From: Narcine bancroftii
Taxonomy: Eukaryota
DNA: 64,000 nucleotides
Assembly: GCF_036971445.1 (NCBI RefSeq)
Contig: NC_091469.1
Location: 88,784,001 to 88,848,000, forward strand
Direction of reading: 5' to 3'
The first letter of the stretch is position 1. Every line of letters starts with the position of its first letter. The translations under genes and the position numbers were made by a program. The notes beneath the pieces are model-generated. The model saw only the letters and a program-made list of their open reading frames with translations, searched no databases and was not told the DNA's origin. Shown here piece after piece: positions 11,753-25,351 of this stretch.

Positions 11753-13265
11753 TTCTATTACCTAGTGTCGCTGAGAATATTCTCCCAGAATCACAGTGCG
11801 GCTTTCGCGCAAACAGAGGAACCACTGACATGGTCTTTGCCCTCAGACAGCTCCAAGAAAAGTGCAGAGAACAAAACAAAGGACTCTACATCACCTTTGT
11901 TGACCTCACCAAAGCCTTCGACACCGTGAGCAGGAAAGGGCTTTGGCAAATACTAGAGCGCATCGGATGTCCCCCAAAGTTCCTCAACATGATTATCCAA
12001 CTGCACGAAAACCAACAAGGTCGGGTCAGATACAGCAATGAGCTCTCTGAACCCTTCTCCATTAACAATGGCGTGAAGCAAGGATGTGTTCTCGCACCAA
12101 CCCTCTTTTCAATCTTCTTCAGCATGATGCTGAACCAAGCCATGAAAGACCCCAACAATGAAGACGCTGTTTACATCCGGTACCGCACGGATGGCAGTCT
12201 CTTCAATCTGAGGCGCCTGCAAGCTCACACCAAGACACAAGAGAAACTTGTCCGTGAACTACTCTTTGCAGATGATGCCGCTTTAGTTGCCCATTCAGAG
12301 CCAGCTCTTCAGCGCTTGACGTCCTGCTTTGCGGAAACTGCCAAAATGTTTGGCCTGGAAGTCAGCCTGAAGAAAACTGAGGTCCTCCATCAGCCAGCTC
12401 CCCACCATGACTACCAGCCCCCCCACATCTCCATCGGGCACACAAAACTCAAAACGGTCAACCAGTTTACCTATCTCGGCTGCACCATTTCATCAGATGC
12501 AAGGATCGACAATGAGATAGACAACAGACTCGCCAAGGCAAATAGCGCCTTTGGAAGACTACACAAAAGAGTCTGGAAAAACAACCAACTGAAAAACCTC
12601 ACAAAGATAAGCGTATACAGAGCCGTTGTCATACCCACACTCCTGTTCGGCTCCGAATCATGGGTCCTCTACCGGCACCACCTACGGCTCCTAGAACGCT
12701 TCCACCAGCGTTGTCTCCGCTCCATCCTCAACATCCATTGGAGCGCTCACACCCCTAACGTCGAGGTACTCGAGATGGCAGAGGTCGACAGCATCGAGTC
12801 CACGCTGCTGAAGATTCAGCTGCGCTGGATGGGTCACGTCTCCAGAATGGAGGACCATCGCCTTCCCAAGATCGTATTATATGGCGAGCTCTCCACTGGC
12901 CACCGTGACAGAGGTGCACCAAAGAAAAGGTACAAGGACTGCCTAAAGAAATCTCTTGGTGCCTGCCACATTGACCACCGCCAGTGGGCTGATAACGCCT
13001 CAAACCGTGCATCTTGGCGCCTCACAGTTTGGCGGGCAGCAGCCTCCTTTGAAGAAGACCGCAGAGCCCACCTCACTGACAAAAGGCAAAGGAGGAAAAA
13101 CCCAACACCCAACCCCAACCAACCAATTTTCCCTTGCAACCGCTGCAATCGTGTCTGCCTGTCCCGCATCGGACTGGTCAGCCACAAACGAGCCTGCAGC
13201 TGACGTGGACTTTTTACCCCCTCCATAAATCTTCGTCCGCGAAGCCAAGCCAAAGAAAAAAAAAG
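11753..13265 (+). mobile_element. RTE-clade LINE, 5'-truncated, with an intact 457-aa RT/C-terminal ORF (11830-13203)
   Basis: FVDLTKAFDTV, GVKQGCVLAP, LFADD and a C-terminal CNRC...H zinc-finger-like motif; AAAG tail; 13-bp TSD ATTTATAGTCTGA at 11740-11752 and 13266-13278. Confidence 0.97.
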
Positions 13266-13349
13266 ATTTATAGTCTGACCTGCTTTGTTTGATTTTATTT
13301 TAATTTCCAGCATCTGCAGTTGTTTGATTTTCCTCAACTTTTGACGCAT

Positions 13350-14790
13350 TTGGGGCAGTAGCTATGGCATTTGAATCCTCTTTGGCCTCAGGAGAGATGC
13401 CTGAGAATTAGAGAACGGCAAATGTAGTCCCCTTGTTTAAAGAAAGTAATAGGGAGAATCCTGTGAATTATAGACCAGTGAGTCTTACATCACTGATGTG
13501 CAAACTATGGAAGAACTTTCTTAAGGATAGGATCTTTGAGCATTTGGATAAGTACAGACTACTCAAGGCTAGTTAGCATGGTTTGTGAAGGGAAGCTTGC
13601 GCCTCGCAAGCCTAATTGAGATTTTTTGAGGAGGTAACAAAATAAATTGATGAGGGTAGGGTGGTAGATGTGGTCTACATGGATTTTAGCAAGGCATTTG
13701 ACAAGGTTCCCCCATGAGATACTCATCCAGAAAGACTTGAGGCACAGGATCAGTGGAGCCTTGGCTGTGTAGATAAAAAATTGGCTTGTAGGAAGAAAGC
13801 AGAGAGTAGTTGTGGAATGAAAGTTTTCTGCCTAAGGTCGGTGACCTGGATGAAAAAGCAGAAGGATGGGTCAGTAAATTTGCAGATGACACGAAAGTTG
13901 GAGGAGTTGTAGATGGAGCTGAAGGTTGTCGAAGGTTACAAGATGATAGAGACAGGATGCAGAGTTGGGTAAAAAAGTGGTAAATAGAGTTCAATTTGGA
14001 TAAGTGTGAGGTGATGCATTTTGGAAGGAAAAAGCTGAGTACAGGGTTAATGGTCAGTTTCTTAAGAGGATGAACTGAGAGACATTGGCGTTCAAATTCA
14101 TATTTACCTCAAGGTTGCCACACAGGTTGATAGGATAGTTAAGACTATGGGATGCTGGGCTTCATTAATAGCAGGATTGAATTCAGGAGTAGAGAGGCCA
14201 TGTTGCAACTCTACAGATCTCTGGTAAAACTATACTTTAAACACAGAGTACTGTGTTCAATTCTGGTCACCTCATTAAAGGATGGAGATGGAAGCTATGG
14301 AGAGGGTGCAGAGGAGATTTACCAGGATGTTGTCTGGATTGGAAAACAAGTGTTATGATGCAAGGTTAGTAGAGCTGTGTCTTTTCTCTTTGGAGCATGA
14401 AAGGATGAGAGGAGACGATAGACATCGTCAAGATTATGAGAGGCATAAGTAGGGTGGACAGCCAGCACTTGTTTTCCAGGGCAGGATCATAAAAAAAAAA
14501 CAGAAGACATGTGTACAAAGTTAAGGGAGGGAAGTTTAGGGGAGACACTAGGGGTAAGTTTTTTTTTACACAGAGAGTTGAGGGTGCCTGAAATGTCTTG
14601 CTGTGGATGCTGGTGGAGGTTGAAACATTAGGGACATTTAGAGACTCTTCGAAGGTACATGGATGAAAGAAAAATAGAGGATTTACGGGATAGGGAGGAT
14701 TTATTACTTAAATAAAAAGGAATATGTGGGCCAGCCAAACATCGATGGCTGAAGGACCTGTCCTTTGCTGTAATGTTCTATGTTCTAAGG
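13350..14790 (+). mobile_element. CR1 LINE, degenerate, with an internal deletion
   Basis: [22 protein letters not shown] and FADD remnants with stops; the GVPQGS block is deleted at ~13845; TTCTATG tail. Confidence 0.9.
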
Positions 14791-15241
14791 ACAATCCTTT
14801 CACCAACCTCCCATCCTGCACCTTGATATAAACTCCATCAAACCCTCAGAATGTAATTCCTGCCTCAGTTTCGTCTATCTCAAATAAATTAATGCCAGTC
14901 AACTCAGTCCACTTATTCATCCCTCATGGCTGAAATCCTTAGCATTACCTTTGTATCAGTCAACTCCATCTCAAGCACCACTGTTAGAAGAAACCACACC
15001 AACACGAGAAGAGTGGCATTATTGAACTTTTATATTTTCCTAAATGTCAGACTAATGTCATCAATCATCTGAAAGCCATGGTTTGTTTATAAATGAAATG
15101 TGCCAGGGTGATTTGCTTTTTTCTACATTGAGGCTGACCATTCTTGATTTTGTTTTTCAAAAAAATCCAGTTAGGTGCTTTGAGTCTGAGCAGAGTGCAT
15201 CTTTCAGGTCATATGAGAGAAGATTTTAACATTTTTTTCTG

Positions 15242-15805
15242 CTCTTGAAAAAATTGTCAAGATCAGGGTGTGCTGTTCTGATCTGGGTAAAAAACAGCTA
15301 TATGAACCAAGGGACAGTTCTAGCAAGAGTAATAAGTTGTTGGGTGTATGCACATCTCTTCATCAATTTCTCAGAAATCAAACTCACTTCAGAATATCAA
15401 GTAAATGCTGAATTTGTACTTAAAATAAAGGAAAGTCTTCTCAACAATATGTAAAACCATTGATTCAGGTCGGTAGAATCATGTTAACAATCTGATTTAT
15501 GTGTGTAACATGAAAGATTTAAAATCTTCTCTTGAAAAAATTGTCAAGATCAGGGTGTGCTGTTCTGATCTGGGTAAAAAACAGCTATATGAACCAAGGG
15601 ACAGTTCTAGCAAGAGTAATAAGTTGTTGGGTGTATGCACATCTCTTCATCAATTTCTCAGAAATCAAACTCACTTCAGAATATCAAGTAAATGCTGAAT
15701 TTGTACTTAAAATAAAGGAAAGTCTTCTCAACAATATGTAAAACCATTGATTCAGGTCGGTAGAATCATGTTAACAATCTGATTTATGTGTGTAACATGA
15801 AAGAT
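15242..15805. repeat. Direct tandem duplication, 2 x 277 bp with a 10-nt filler
   Basis: 15242-15518 equals 15529-15805; both give the same 69-aa ORF translation in the track. Confidence 0.95.
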
Positions 15806-15894
15806 AACCTTGGAGGCCCAGTAAGGGGAGAGAAAACATAAGCATTACTTTATACCTGGAGGTGATAAATTAATCTCAGAGGTTTAATTCTGGC

Positions 15895-16123
15895 TTTTCC
15901 TTTCATTTTCTCGCTCACTCTCTCTGTCTACACCCCTCTCTCCACTCTTTTCTGTCCACCCTTCTCTCTCCTCATTCCTCTCTATCCCCACCCTTCTCCC
16001 TCCATCTCCCACTCTCCATTCACACTATGACTCTTTGCCTCTTGATCAGCCTTTCTCTCTCTCCCTTCACTCTCCCATCTTTTTACAGTCTTCATCTTAC
16101 TCTCTCCCTATTTCTCTCTCTCC

Positions 16124-16181
<58 letters not shown>
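15895..16181. repeat. Polypyrimidine tract followed by a (CA)n microsatellite (16134-16181)
   Basis: Seen directly. Confidence 0.95.
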
Positions 16182-16185
<4 letters not shown>

Positions 16186-17624
16186 CAATGTGTCTTGCTT
16201 TTCTGAAATAATAAAATAATATGCAAACTTGCTAAGAAGGTAGAATATGCAATATGCAATATTCATCATTTTCCTATAGGTTCTTCACTGTCTCCACATG
16301 GCTCTCGAAATTTATTTCACTCATAATACATAATGGAAAAATATGAATTGAAACAAGTGGAAGAACTTTCTTTTCACAGAGCTCACCACAATCTACTGTT
16401 CCAAAGATTCCTACAGTCACATGGTGGTTACAGCATTTATCAGGGAGGAAGTAATGGGGTTAGTGGTACCTGCCAAGATTCCCCTCCCAGACAATGGCAT
16501 CGCTGCAGGTGTTAAAATACCTAAAATTCATAACTCAAATCTAATACACTGAGAAGTTGCCAGACTATTCCTTGCATATTTACTCTACTTCCAAATTCAT
16601 TTTATTGATTACTAGTAAAGGTGGTGAAGAGTTGCAACAAAATAGCTTCTTTTGCACAACTGACCAGGGGTGGATATCTAATCTTATATTAGATCCATAT
16701 AATTAATTAGACATGACTAACTTAAAGGCACTTTCTTAACCCAATGCTTACCAGTATTGAGTATCAAAATACTCAAAGAGCAAATCTCATTTTGCAATGA
16801 CAATGAATAACCCCAACTTCTGTGCCACAAGCCCTGTAAGTTATCAGTATAAAGGCATTTAACAGTGTAGGCAGAGAGAAGTTTCAAAAAGTATTTCCTC
16901 CAACAATGGAAAACAGGAGAGGAATATTAAATGAGCTCTTAAAAACATCAGGTTCAGCTGACTTGTATTAAACTCAGCAAGATTGAAATTTCTTCCCATT
17001 AAGATCCAAATTCCACACCATTCCTCTCATTCTACAGGACAACAGTCTACTTAATTTACTCCCTGGAGGTTTGATTTAAGTTATACTTCATATGGTTGTC
17101 CAACCATGCATTAGACACAAACATTGAGGTCACCAGGATTTAAGGATCATTCCAAATAGCTGCTGAGGTAACATTAGTGCTTCAAACTAAAGGTAACTCA
17201 GAAACCAACATTAACCAACTCAGTTAATCAGCCTCCTGCAGGACATTGATGCTGGTGGGCTAGTAGATTTTCTGGACTTTTGGCAAAAATTTCTAATGAT
17301 ATCCCAATACAAGTCATTTTATTTTAAAATGTTGTTTGATAACTTAACTGATGAAATTGGTCATTTTAAAAGGTGCACAGGAAATAAAGCAGCAAGTTGG
17401 TTTTAAGCGAAGGTGGGAGACTGGATCTGATAAAAGTCGAGGGAGTGCAGGAAATAGAACCAAGTGAATTTCAAACAGGGTGGATACATTTTGTTTTGAG
17501 GAAAGGCAGGAAACAATACCCACTGAGCCAGATTTAGATTCATTATGATTGCCAAGTAATTAGACAGTTGATTATATCAGAGATTCACTGCAGTTGCTCC
17601 CTCCCACCATCCAACTAATAGAGG

Positions 17625-17770
17625 ATTAGTTTAATTTTAATTTAGAGACACAGCACGATAACAGGCCCAATTACACCCAATTAACATTCAACCCCCAGTA
17701 TATTTTGGAGGAAAGGGTGAAACCGGATCACAAACAATGGCAGATTCGAACCCAGATCACTGTTACTTTA
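17625..17770 (-). mobile_element. V-SINE, internally deleted
   Basis: Shares its tail and B-box with 7216-7465. Confidence 0.65.
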
Positions 17771-18074
17771 TAGCTGTCATCACCAAATGGAGTCTGTTCC
17801 CTTTGCACCCATACTCAGCAATTTGATGGTTCAAAGGCCTGACAAGATTGTGCTACAATGTGGATCTGTGCTTATTAGTATGGCTGGTGTTGAGGGATTT
17901 TCTGATGCAGAAAATGTCCATGGAATTACATCAGCACACCAGCTCCAAAGCTATCCTTATTTTACATCACAGCCATGACCAACCCCAGTAAGGGAAGGAT
18001 TGAAAGATTTGGACAGTGACATAGCTATAAATTTTTTTTTAATAGGCAATTAAATCCTCATTATATGGAATTCA

Positions 18075-18508
18075 GCGCTGGATGGGTCACGTCTCCAGAA
18101 TGGAGGACCATCGCCTTCCCAAGATCGTGTTATATGGCGAGCTCTCCACTGGCCACCGTGACAGAGGTGCACCAAAGAAAAGGTACAAGGACTGCCTAAA
18201 GAAATCTCTTGGTGCCTGCCACATTGACCACCGCCAGTGGGCTGATAACGCCTCAAACCGGGCATCTTGGCACCTCACAGTTTGGCGGGCAGCAACCTCC
18301 TTTGAAGAAGACCGCAGAGCCCACCTCACTGACAAAAGACAAAGGAGGAAAAACCCAACACCCAACCCCAACCAACCAATTTTCCCCTGCAACCGCTGCA
18401 ACCGTGTCTGCCTGTCCCGCATCGGACTTGTCAGCCACAAACGAGCCTGCAGCTGACGTGGACTTTTTACCCCCTCCATAAATCTTCGTCCGCGAAGCCA
18501 AGCCAAAG
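18075..18508 (+). mobile_element. RTE LINE, 3' fragment
   Basis: Near-identical to 12821-13255; 12-bp TSD ATATGGAATTCA at 18063-18074 and 18509-18520. Confidence 0.95.
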
Positions 18509-19199
18509 ATATGGAATTCAAGGAACAGGCAAAAGAAAACAAATAAATAAAAATATTTTTATAATGTACAATATTGCAAATATTTAAAATAGTAAAATTA
18601 ATGCTCTCTGAAGCAACACACAACCCACTGGTGAAGATGGCAGCAAGCATTCAGCCAGCGGAGCACCCCAGTCTTGCTCCACCCGCAGCAGCTGTTTGAA
18701 TAAACTTTCAAATAAATGTTTGAGAGGTGCGTTATCACGTGCTTTTGCTGGTGTCTCAGACTGACAACCAGAAAGAGAGCCTGCTATCTCTGAAAATCAA
18801 ACTATGGTTTTCATGAATAACGTTTTTAAAAATGCTCTAATGGTACAATGAAATCAAATTTCTGACTGGAAAATTCAGCAGAAATAAAGTGCACAGAGAG
18901 TGGGAGCAGAAGCAGGCTCAGTGGGTCAGAGTCCAAAGAATTAAAAAAAGCAGCAAGGTAAAGCAAAATATTGTACATTGTTGAAATGTAAATCAAGAAT
19001 TAAAGGAATACATTGACACACATTCAAGGAAAATGTTTCATTGGGTTACATTGACATAAAGATCTGGATCAGAGAGAATTGGCAAGTGGAATGGCTATTA
19101 ACACTGAAAGAAAGAGGAAAGCAAATATTTTGACACAGAAAGCACTGAGTGTCTTTGACAAAAGAGAACCAAGAATGGCTGAAAGATGGCATGGAGTTT

Positions 19200-19910
19200 A
19201 AAGTTAAAACACAATGCTGGAGAAACTCAGCAGGTCAAACAATATGCTTTAAAAGACAAAGATAAATATACAAAATCAACATTTTTGGGCTTGAGCCCTT
19301 TATCAAAGTATGAGCAAAATGTAGGCAGGTGCCCGAACATGATGGAGGAGGGGAGGGCCAGAGGAGAAGAACAACAGCAGAGGGAGGGGAGATGGCTCTC
19401 TGAATGGAGCTGGAGGAATGAAGATGGAGGGATGGGGAAGAGGGAGAGAATGGGGAGGGCGGTGTGGGTTAGAAGAAAGCAGAGAAGTTGATGTTAATAT
19501 CATCCAGTTGGGGAGTGCCCTAAAGAAATATTAACTGTTGCTCCTCCAATTTATGGATGGTCTTAGTTTGATTTACACGAGGCCATGGACAGACGTGTCA
19601 GCGTGGTAGTAGTGTCCAGAATTGAAATGATTGGCCACTGGGAGATCCCCGTCATTCATGCAGACAGATCAGTGAAGTGATCTCCCAGTTGGCGTCCAGT
19701 CTCAATAATGTAAAGAAGGCCACAGCAGGAGCACCAGATGTAGCAGATGACTCCCGCAGTGAAGTTCTGCTTCACATGGAAGGGGGGTTTGGGGCCTCGA
19801 ATGGTGGTGAGGGATGAGGAGGTAAGGATGCAAGTGCGGCCGCAGGAGAAGGTGCCAAGGGGATGATTGGTGGGAAGGGATCAGAGGACAATGAGTTTGA
19901 AGGTGAGCTG
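19200..19910 (-). mobile_element. Penelope-like element fragment (GIY-YIG endonuclease plus tail)
   Basis: Minus strand encodes a VICYIWCSCCGLLY-ET-RQLGDHF remnant and ANHFN...EEQQLIF; purine-rich tail on the + strand. Confidence 0.75.
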
Positions 19911-20559
19911 GCACCATCTCATATGGATGGAAACAATGTAACTCTTTCCTAAGCCAAACCAATTCCCAACACAAATGGAATCAGTCCATTGGTTTTCCAA
20001 GTGACACATGAAGTTGATGAAATGCTGTTAACTGAGATGGAAGAGTCATTTAATATTGGAGATGTGCTGTAAATCCGTCACAGATATAGTCCATATTCAT
20101 ATCCCTGCAATTGTAATGTTATCAATGAATTGACAAAGGTGATAAAAGTATGATTTTAGACATATGTGACCTATAAAACACTGCACACAGTTCTCCATTA
20201 CAAGTCTACTAGATACATCATCCTATCATGATGTTAGATGATACAATGAATAAAGTGAAGCATAATTGTTAATAGAGATCACCAAGCTTTAACTCAAAAG
20301 GTTATGATGCAAAGCAGCCCAGAAAAATACTCACCAGGAAAAAAAAATAGTCCTTGGAGATTGTTACATCATTGGTTAGACAACTTCCTGATTGTTTAAC
20401 TTGTGGGTATAAGGCAGGAAAGATCAATCAGATCCACCAGATCTCAAAGCCCTGAGAATTGCCTCTACATTTGTAAGGATTCCTTGGGTAGAGGCAGTGT
20501 TTGGTCATGAACGGAGCTGCTCACTTGGTGAAAAGGTACAGATTGGGCAAAGAGAAACC

Positions 20560-21175
20560 CTCAAACTGCAAATTCTGGAACACTGAGGATACAATGGAAG
20601 GACTGAGAGGTAGAAATGGTCAGTCAATGTTTCGGTTCAGGACTCAGTTAAGAGGTGATTTCAACTAAGGGGAGATTTCAAAAAAAGATGGGGGGACAAA
20701 TTGGGGAGGAACTCCGAGATTATAGTGTATTCCCTAACATTTCAAATCCCTTCACAGTTCTCACATAAACGGCCTCTTCAGTTGCCAGGGTGAAGCCAAA
20801 TATGAAATGGGGCAACAGCATAACATGTTGTCCCTTGACAATCTTGAGCACAACAGCATGAACATCAATTTTTCTAATTTTAGGTAACCCCCTCCTCTGT
20901 CAGTTTGCACTATTTCCATCTCTTCTTTAGCTACACCTATTCTCATTTTTTCTCTCCAACACCTCTGCCCCCAAAATGATCCCCTTCTTGACATGTCTCT
21001 CACCTCTCCCACCTTCTGTCCAATAACCTATCACCTCTTAATCCTCCTCAGCTTCTTTCACTCCATGATATAGATGATACCTCTCCTTCCCACTTGAGAC
21101 TTGATAAACGGTCCCAAGCCAAACATTGACTAACATTTCCATCCATCGATGCTACCTGACCTGCTGAGTTTACAG
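20560..21175. mobile_element. Penelope-like fragments in inverted arrangement
   Basis: Minus-strand tail at 20560-20720 abuts a plus-strand GIY-YIG end (QQH...SMNINFSNF) and tail ending GATGCTACCTGACCTGCTGAG. Confidence 0.55.
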
Positions 21176-21696
21176 AGTTGGCAAGGTACTGCCTAATGAA
21201 GTATGATGCTTGAATATGTGGAAGTGTTCACTTTGGCAGGATTTTTTTTTTTAAAAAAAGCACAGCAGCTGAAGAACAGAGCTCTGAGTTGCAGAAAAAT
21301 CTATGTGACCTCGTGAATGATTCACAAAATTTTCTTTAATGAATGTTATCAGTTATTCTGCGGGCAACTGATGAGAACATAAGGGAATGAAAATCAAAAT
21401 AAGGAACTACAGGTGCAGAAAACCTGAAAGGTTAACAGTTTCACTTTCCAAGCCTGATGAGTTCTTCCAGCATTTTCTGGTTTTGTTAACAAAGGAGGAA
21501 GTTATGGCCCAAATCTCTGTCAGAAAATGTGAGACTGAATCAGGTGCACAAACTGCACTGATCTCCTTATTTAAGGAAAGAAGCAAACTAATTGGAAGCA
21601 ATTCTGAAAATGCTTACTGCACTCTTACCAGCAGAATATGGGGGCTTTGAAGATCCTAGATCTGATCTATTGGTTGTGAGATTGTTTAGCACTATT

Positions 21697-22807
21697 CTTT
21701 GGCTTGGCTTCGCGGACGAAGATTTATGGAGGGGGTAAAAAGTCCACGTCAGCTGCAGGCTCGTTTGTGGCTGACAAGTCCGATGCGGGACAGGCAGACA
21801 CGATTGCAGCGGTTGCAGGGGAAAATTGGTTGGTTGGGGTTGGGTGTTGGGTTTTTCCTCCTTTGCCTTTTGTCAGTGAGGTGGGCTCTGCGGTCTTCTT
21901 CAAAGGAGGTTGCTGCCCGCCAAACTGTGAGGCGCCAAGATGCACGGTTTGAGGCGTTATCAGCCCACTGGCGGTGGTCAATGTGGCAGGCACCAAGAGA
22001 TTTCTTTAGGCAGTCCTTGTACCTTTTCTTTGGTGCACCTCTGTCATGGTGGCCAGTGGAGAGCTCGCCATATAACACGATCTTGGGAAGGCGATGGTCC
22101 TCCATTCTGGAGACGTGACCCATCCAGCGCAGCTGGATCTTCAGCAGCGTGGACTCGATGCTGTCGACCTCTGCCATCTCGAGTACTTCGACGTTAGGGA
22201 TGTAAGCGCTCCAATGGATGTTGCGGATGGAGTGGAGACAACGCTGGTGGAAGCGTTCTAGGAGCCGTAGGTGGTGCCAGTAGAGGACCCATGATTCGGA
22301 GCCGAACAGGAGTGTGGGTATGACAACGGCTCTGTATACGCTTATCTTTGTGAGGTTTTTCAGTTGGTTGTTTTTCCAGACTCTTTTGTGTAGTCTTCCA
22401 AAGGCGCTATTTGCCTTGGCGAGTCTGTTGTCTATCACATTGTCGATCCTTGCATCTGATGAAATGGTGCAGCCGAGATAGGTAAACTGGTTGACCGTTT
22501 TGAGTTTTGTGTGCCCGATGGAGATGTGGGGGGGCTGGTAATCATGGTGGGGAGCTGGCTGATGGAGGACCTCAGTTTTCTTCAGGCTGACTTCCAGGCC
22601 AAACATTTTGGCAGTTTCTGCAAAGCAGGACGTCAAGCGCTGAAGAGCTGGCTCTGAATGGGCAACTAAAGCGGCATCGTCTGCAAAGAGTAGTTCACGG
22701 ACAAGTTTCTCTTGTGTCTTGGTGTGAGCTTGCAGGCGCCTCAGATTGAAGAGACTGCCATCCGTGCGGTACCGGATGTAAACAGCGTCTTCATTGTTGG
22801 GGTCTTT
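21697..22807 (-). mobile_element. RTE LINE, 5'-truncated, open RT C-terminal ORF
   Basis: ORF 21749-22864 is nearly identical to 11830-13203 from KDPNNEDAVY onward; 8-bp TSD GCACTATT at 21689-21696 and 22813-22820. Confidence 0.96.
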
Positions 22808-23148
22808 TACATGCACTATTACATGCTCAATTAACATGCAAATAGACGTGTCCTGTTGATTCACCAGGTTGATTCCTCAGTCTAGTCTATGCGTGAGGTT
22901 GCTCCTGTCATGCCTTCCTGCATTCAGCACTTGACCAGGGTTGACTGAATGACCATTCCAAATTCTTTTCATCACAAGGTACAGTGTAAACCTTATATTC
23001 AAGGCAAGGACCCAGTAGAGGACACATGTCATTAAATTAAAACAGAAAATGCTGTGCATTTCCAGTATTATTCCAAAATTTCTGGCATCTGTAATACTTT
23101 GCATTCTGACTATGCTTGGTGAGATGGGTTACACATGATGTTGGCAAG

Positions 23149-23193
23149 GACATGATTGTTTGGCATTGAACGACATGATTGTTTGGCATTGAA
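23149..23193. repeat. 22-bp tandem duplication
   Basis: GACATGATTGTTTGGCATTGAA occurs twice, separated by a single C. Confidence 0.9.
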
Positions 23194-25351
23194 GAAACTT
23201 AATCAACAAGTTGAACTGAGAAAATGTTTACACTAGTCCCAGAATAGTCTGTGAAGCATGTAATAAATTCAAAAGAAAGAATGATCAGATAGGATGTTTC
23301 TCTTTCAGGGGATGAATGCAAGGAAATAATACGTTTCAATACGTGCAATGTTTGACAATTTAAAGTGAGGTAAATAGTGAACTTATATTCAGTTTCAACT
23401 CCAAAGAGAGCAACACAGATATTTCTTCATTTTCAGCTCTTTTCCTCGGGTTTACAATTAATCTTGTAGCAGATTAACAGTATTTCCTTCCACTTCTTTT
23501 GAACAAAATAAATTTGAATTTCCTTGTAAATTAGCCATCAGGCTAATTGATATTTTATGGCCATGACAATGAAGCAATCCAAGAGTGAAGAGATTTTAAT
23601 TACGAGACATTACTATAATTTTTTTATAGGAGAGCAGAATATTCATATTTATGTTTTAGTCTTTGAATATAATGATTTTGGAAGAGACCCTTGTGGGAAA
23701 GCAACAATGTCCATTTGTGATATTCTGTAAAGCTTATATACCTTGTAATTAAATTCTGTTCATTTTCCTCAGTCTGTTCTTTGCATTATGATCAAGATCT
23801 ATTTCAGATAAAAAGACAAAAAAAAAATCAACTCAATTTTTAACAACACATCTGGAAAGGACTGGGCACCAGATTGACAATGTGAATGAGATGCCACTAA
23901 AGTGGGTACAGCTCAAGTGGTCAACGACAATGTCTCATTGAAATGTCCAAGACATAATGCAACTCTTGGTTCTCTTAAGCAAGTAAAACATGAAAGTCTG
24001 CCGACGCTGCGGTTGAAGTAAAAACACAATGCTCGAGAATCTCAGCTGGACAAACAGATATTTTATATAGAAAAGATAAAGATACATAACCAATCTTTTG
24101 CGCATGAGCCCTTCATCAAGGTATGGGAGGAAGGCAATGTAGCTGTGGAAACAAGTCTGGGTGATTACATGGCTGTAGAGATTGAGAGCAGCAGGGATTA
24201 CAGATGGGGAACAGTGAGAGAGAATCCCACAGAACTTCCTTTAGAGAACAAAGGAAAATGTTTTCAGGGTGGGCATCCTCAAAGAGAATTCACAGAGATT
24301 TTTAAAAAATTTCTTTCAGTTCTCTTAACTGGCATTTTCCTCAATGCATTCCACATTCCAAGATTGTTTGCAATTTTCTTAATTTCCCTCTAATTGACTC
24401 AAATTTCAATGTTTTTTTTCCATTATTGGGAAAATAGTTGAACAACTTTAGATAATTTCCTCTTTAAACCAAGCAAGAGGAGTTTACCAGCTGCATATTG
24501 TGACACCACAATTCAGTAAGGCAATAAAACAATATCAGAGCTATTAGAAATTAAAGACAATTGTCTGTAATTATGCTGAGTCACTGAGGTACATGGTCTT
24601 GTACAGTGAATTACTGCCTCAAATATATAGAAATTAGGTAAATAATGAATGATGAATGACATTCAGTACAGTATCATCTCAAAAGAGAGAGCAACACTGA
24701 TATTTTACATCAATAATAATGGAACACATAAGCATGAAAGGTACAAGACAAAATTACCAGCTCTGAAAGGGTTCAATGAGGGAATCAATCATCTTTGATC
24801 AATGCAAATTTACTCATATTAATTTTCCTCATTTAGCTCAACGTTAACATGTGAACAAATCATTGCATAATTATCTCAATCAAATAAAACACCATGAAAA
24901 ATTGTTGAATGTGATTAAAATGAAAAAAAAACATAAGCCATTCACATAAAATATGAAATTAAAATTTAGATTTCAAATTATTTGTTATTGTTACTCATTC
25001 TAATATTGAGGCAGTTCACTTGGATTTTATCAAATAACAAAAGAATCTCTGATTATATTCAAAGATTATTTGACAACAATCAGATTTTTAACTATTCAAT
25101 TAAGGCCAAATGAAATAAGAATTGCATCAGCTCACAAAAGTTTATATTGTGGGGCTGGATGGAAATAATGTGGAAAAACTCAACAGGGAAAGGGATTAAA
25201 AACTGCACTGGTTTCATGATATATCCCAATATTAATAATGAATCTCATTTCTGTCTTTCCTCCAAACATTCACCCAAACCTCTGTCTCATTTGTTAGTGG
25301 AAACAGCGTCATCCATCAATTTACAATTTACAGTACTGATAAAGTATTCTG

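Noticed and set aside
12755-13349. Recurrent overlapping or antisense ORFs (MASRTKIYGGG..., MVPATLTT..., ...LQARLWLTSPM...)
   Set aside because: They recur only because the RTE copies are nearly identical; they are alternative frames of the same element.
15245-15741. Two identical 69-aa ORFs as a duplicated small gene
   Set aside because: TTG start, no recognisable homology; a by-product of the tandem duplication.
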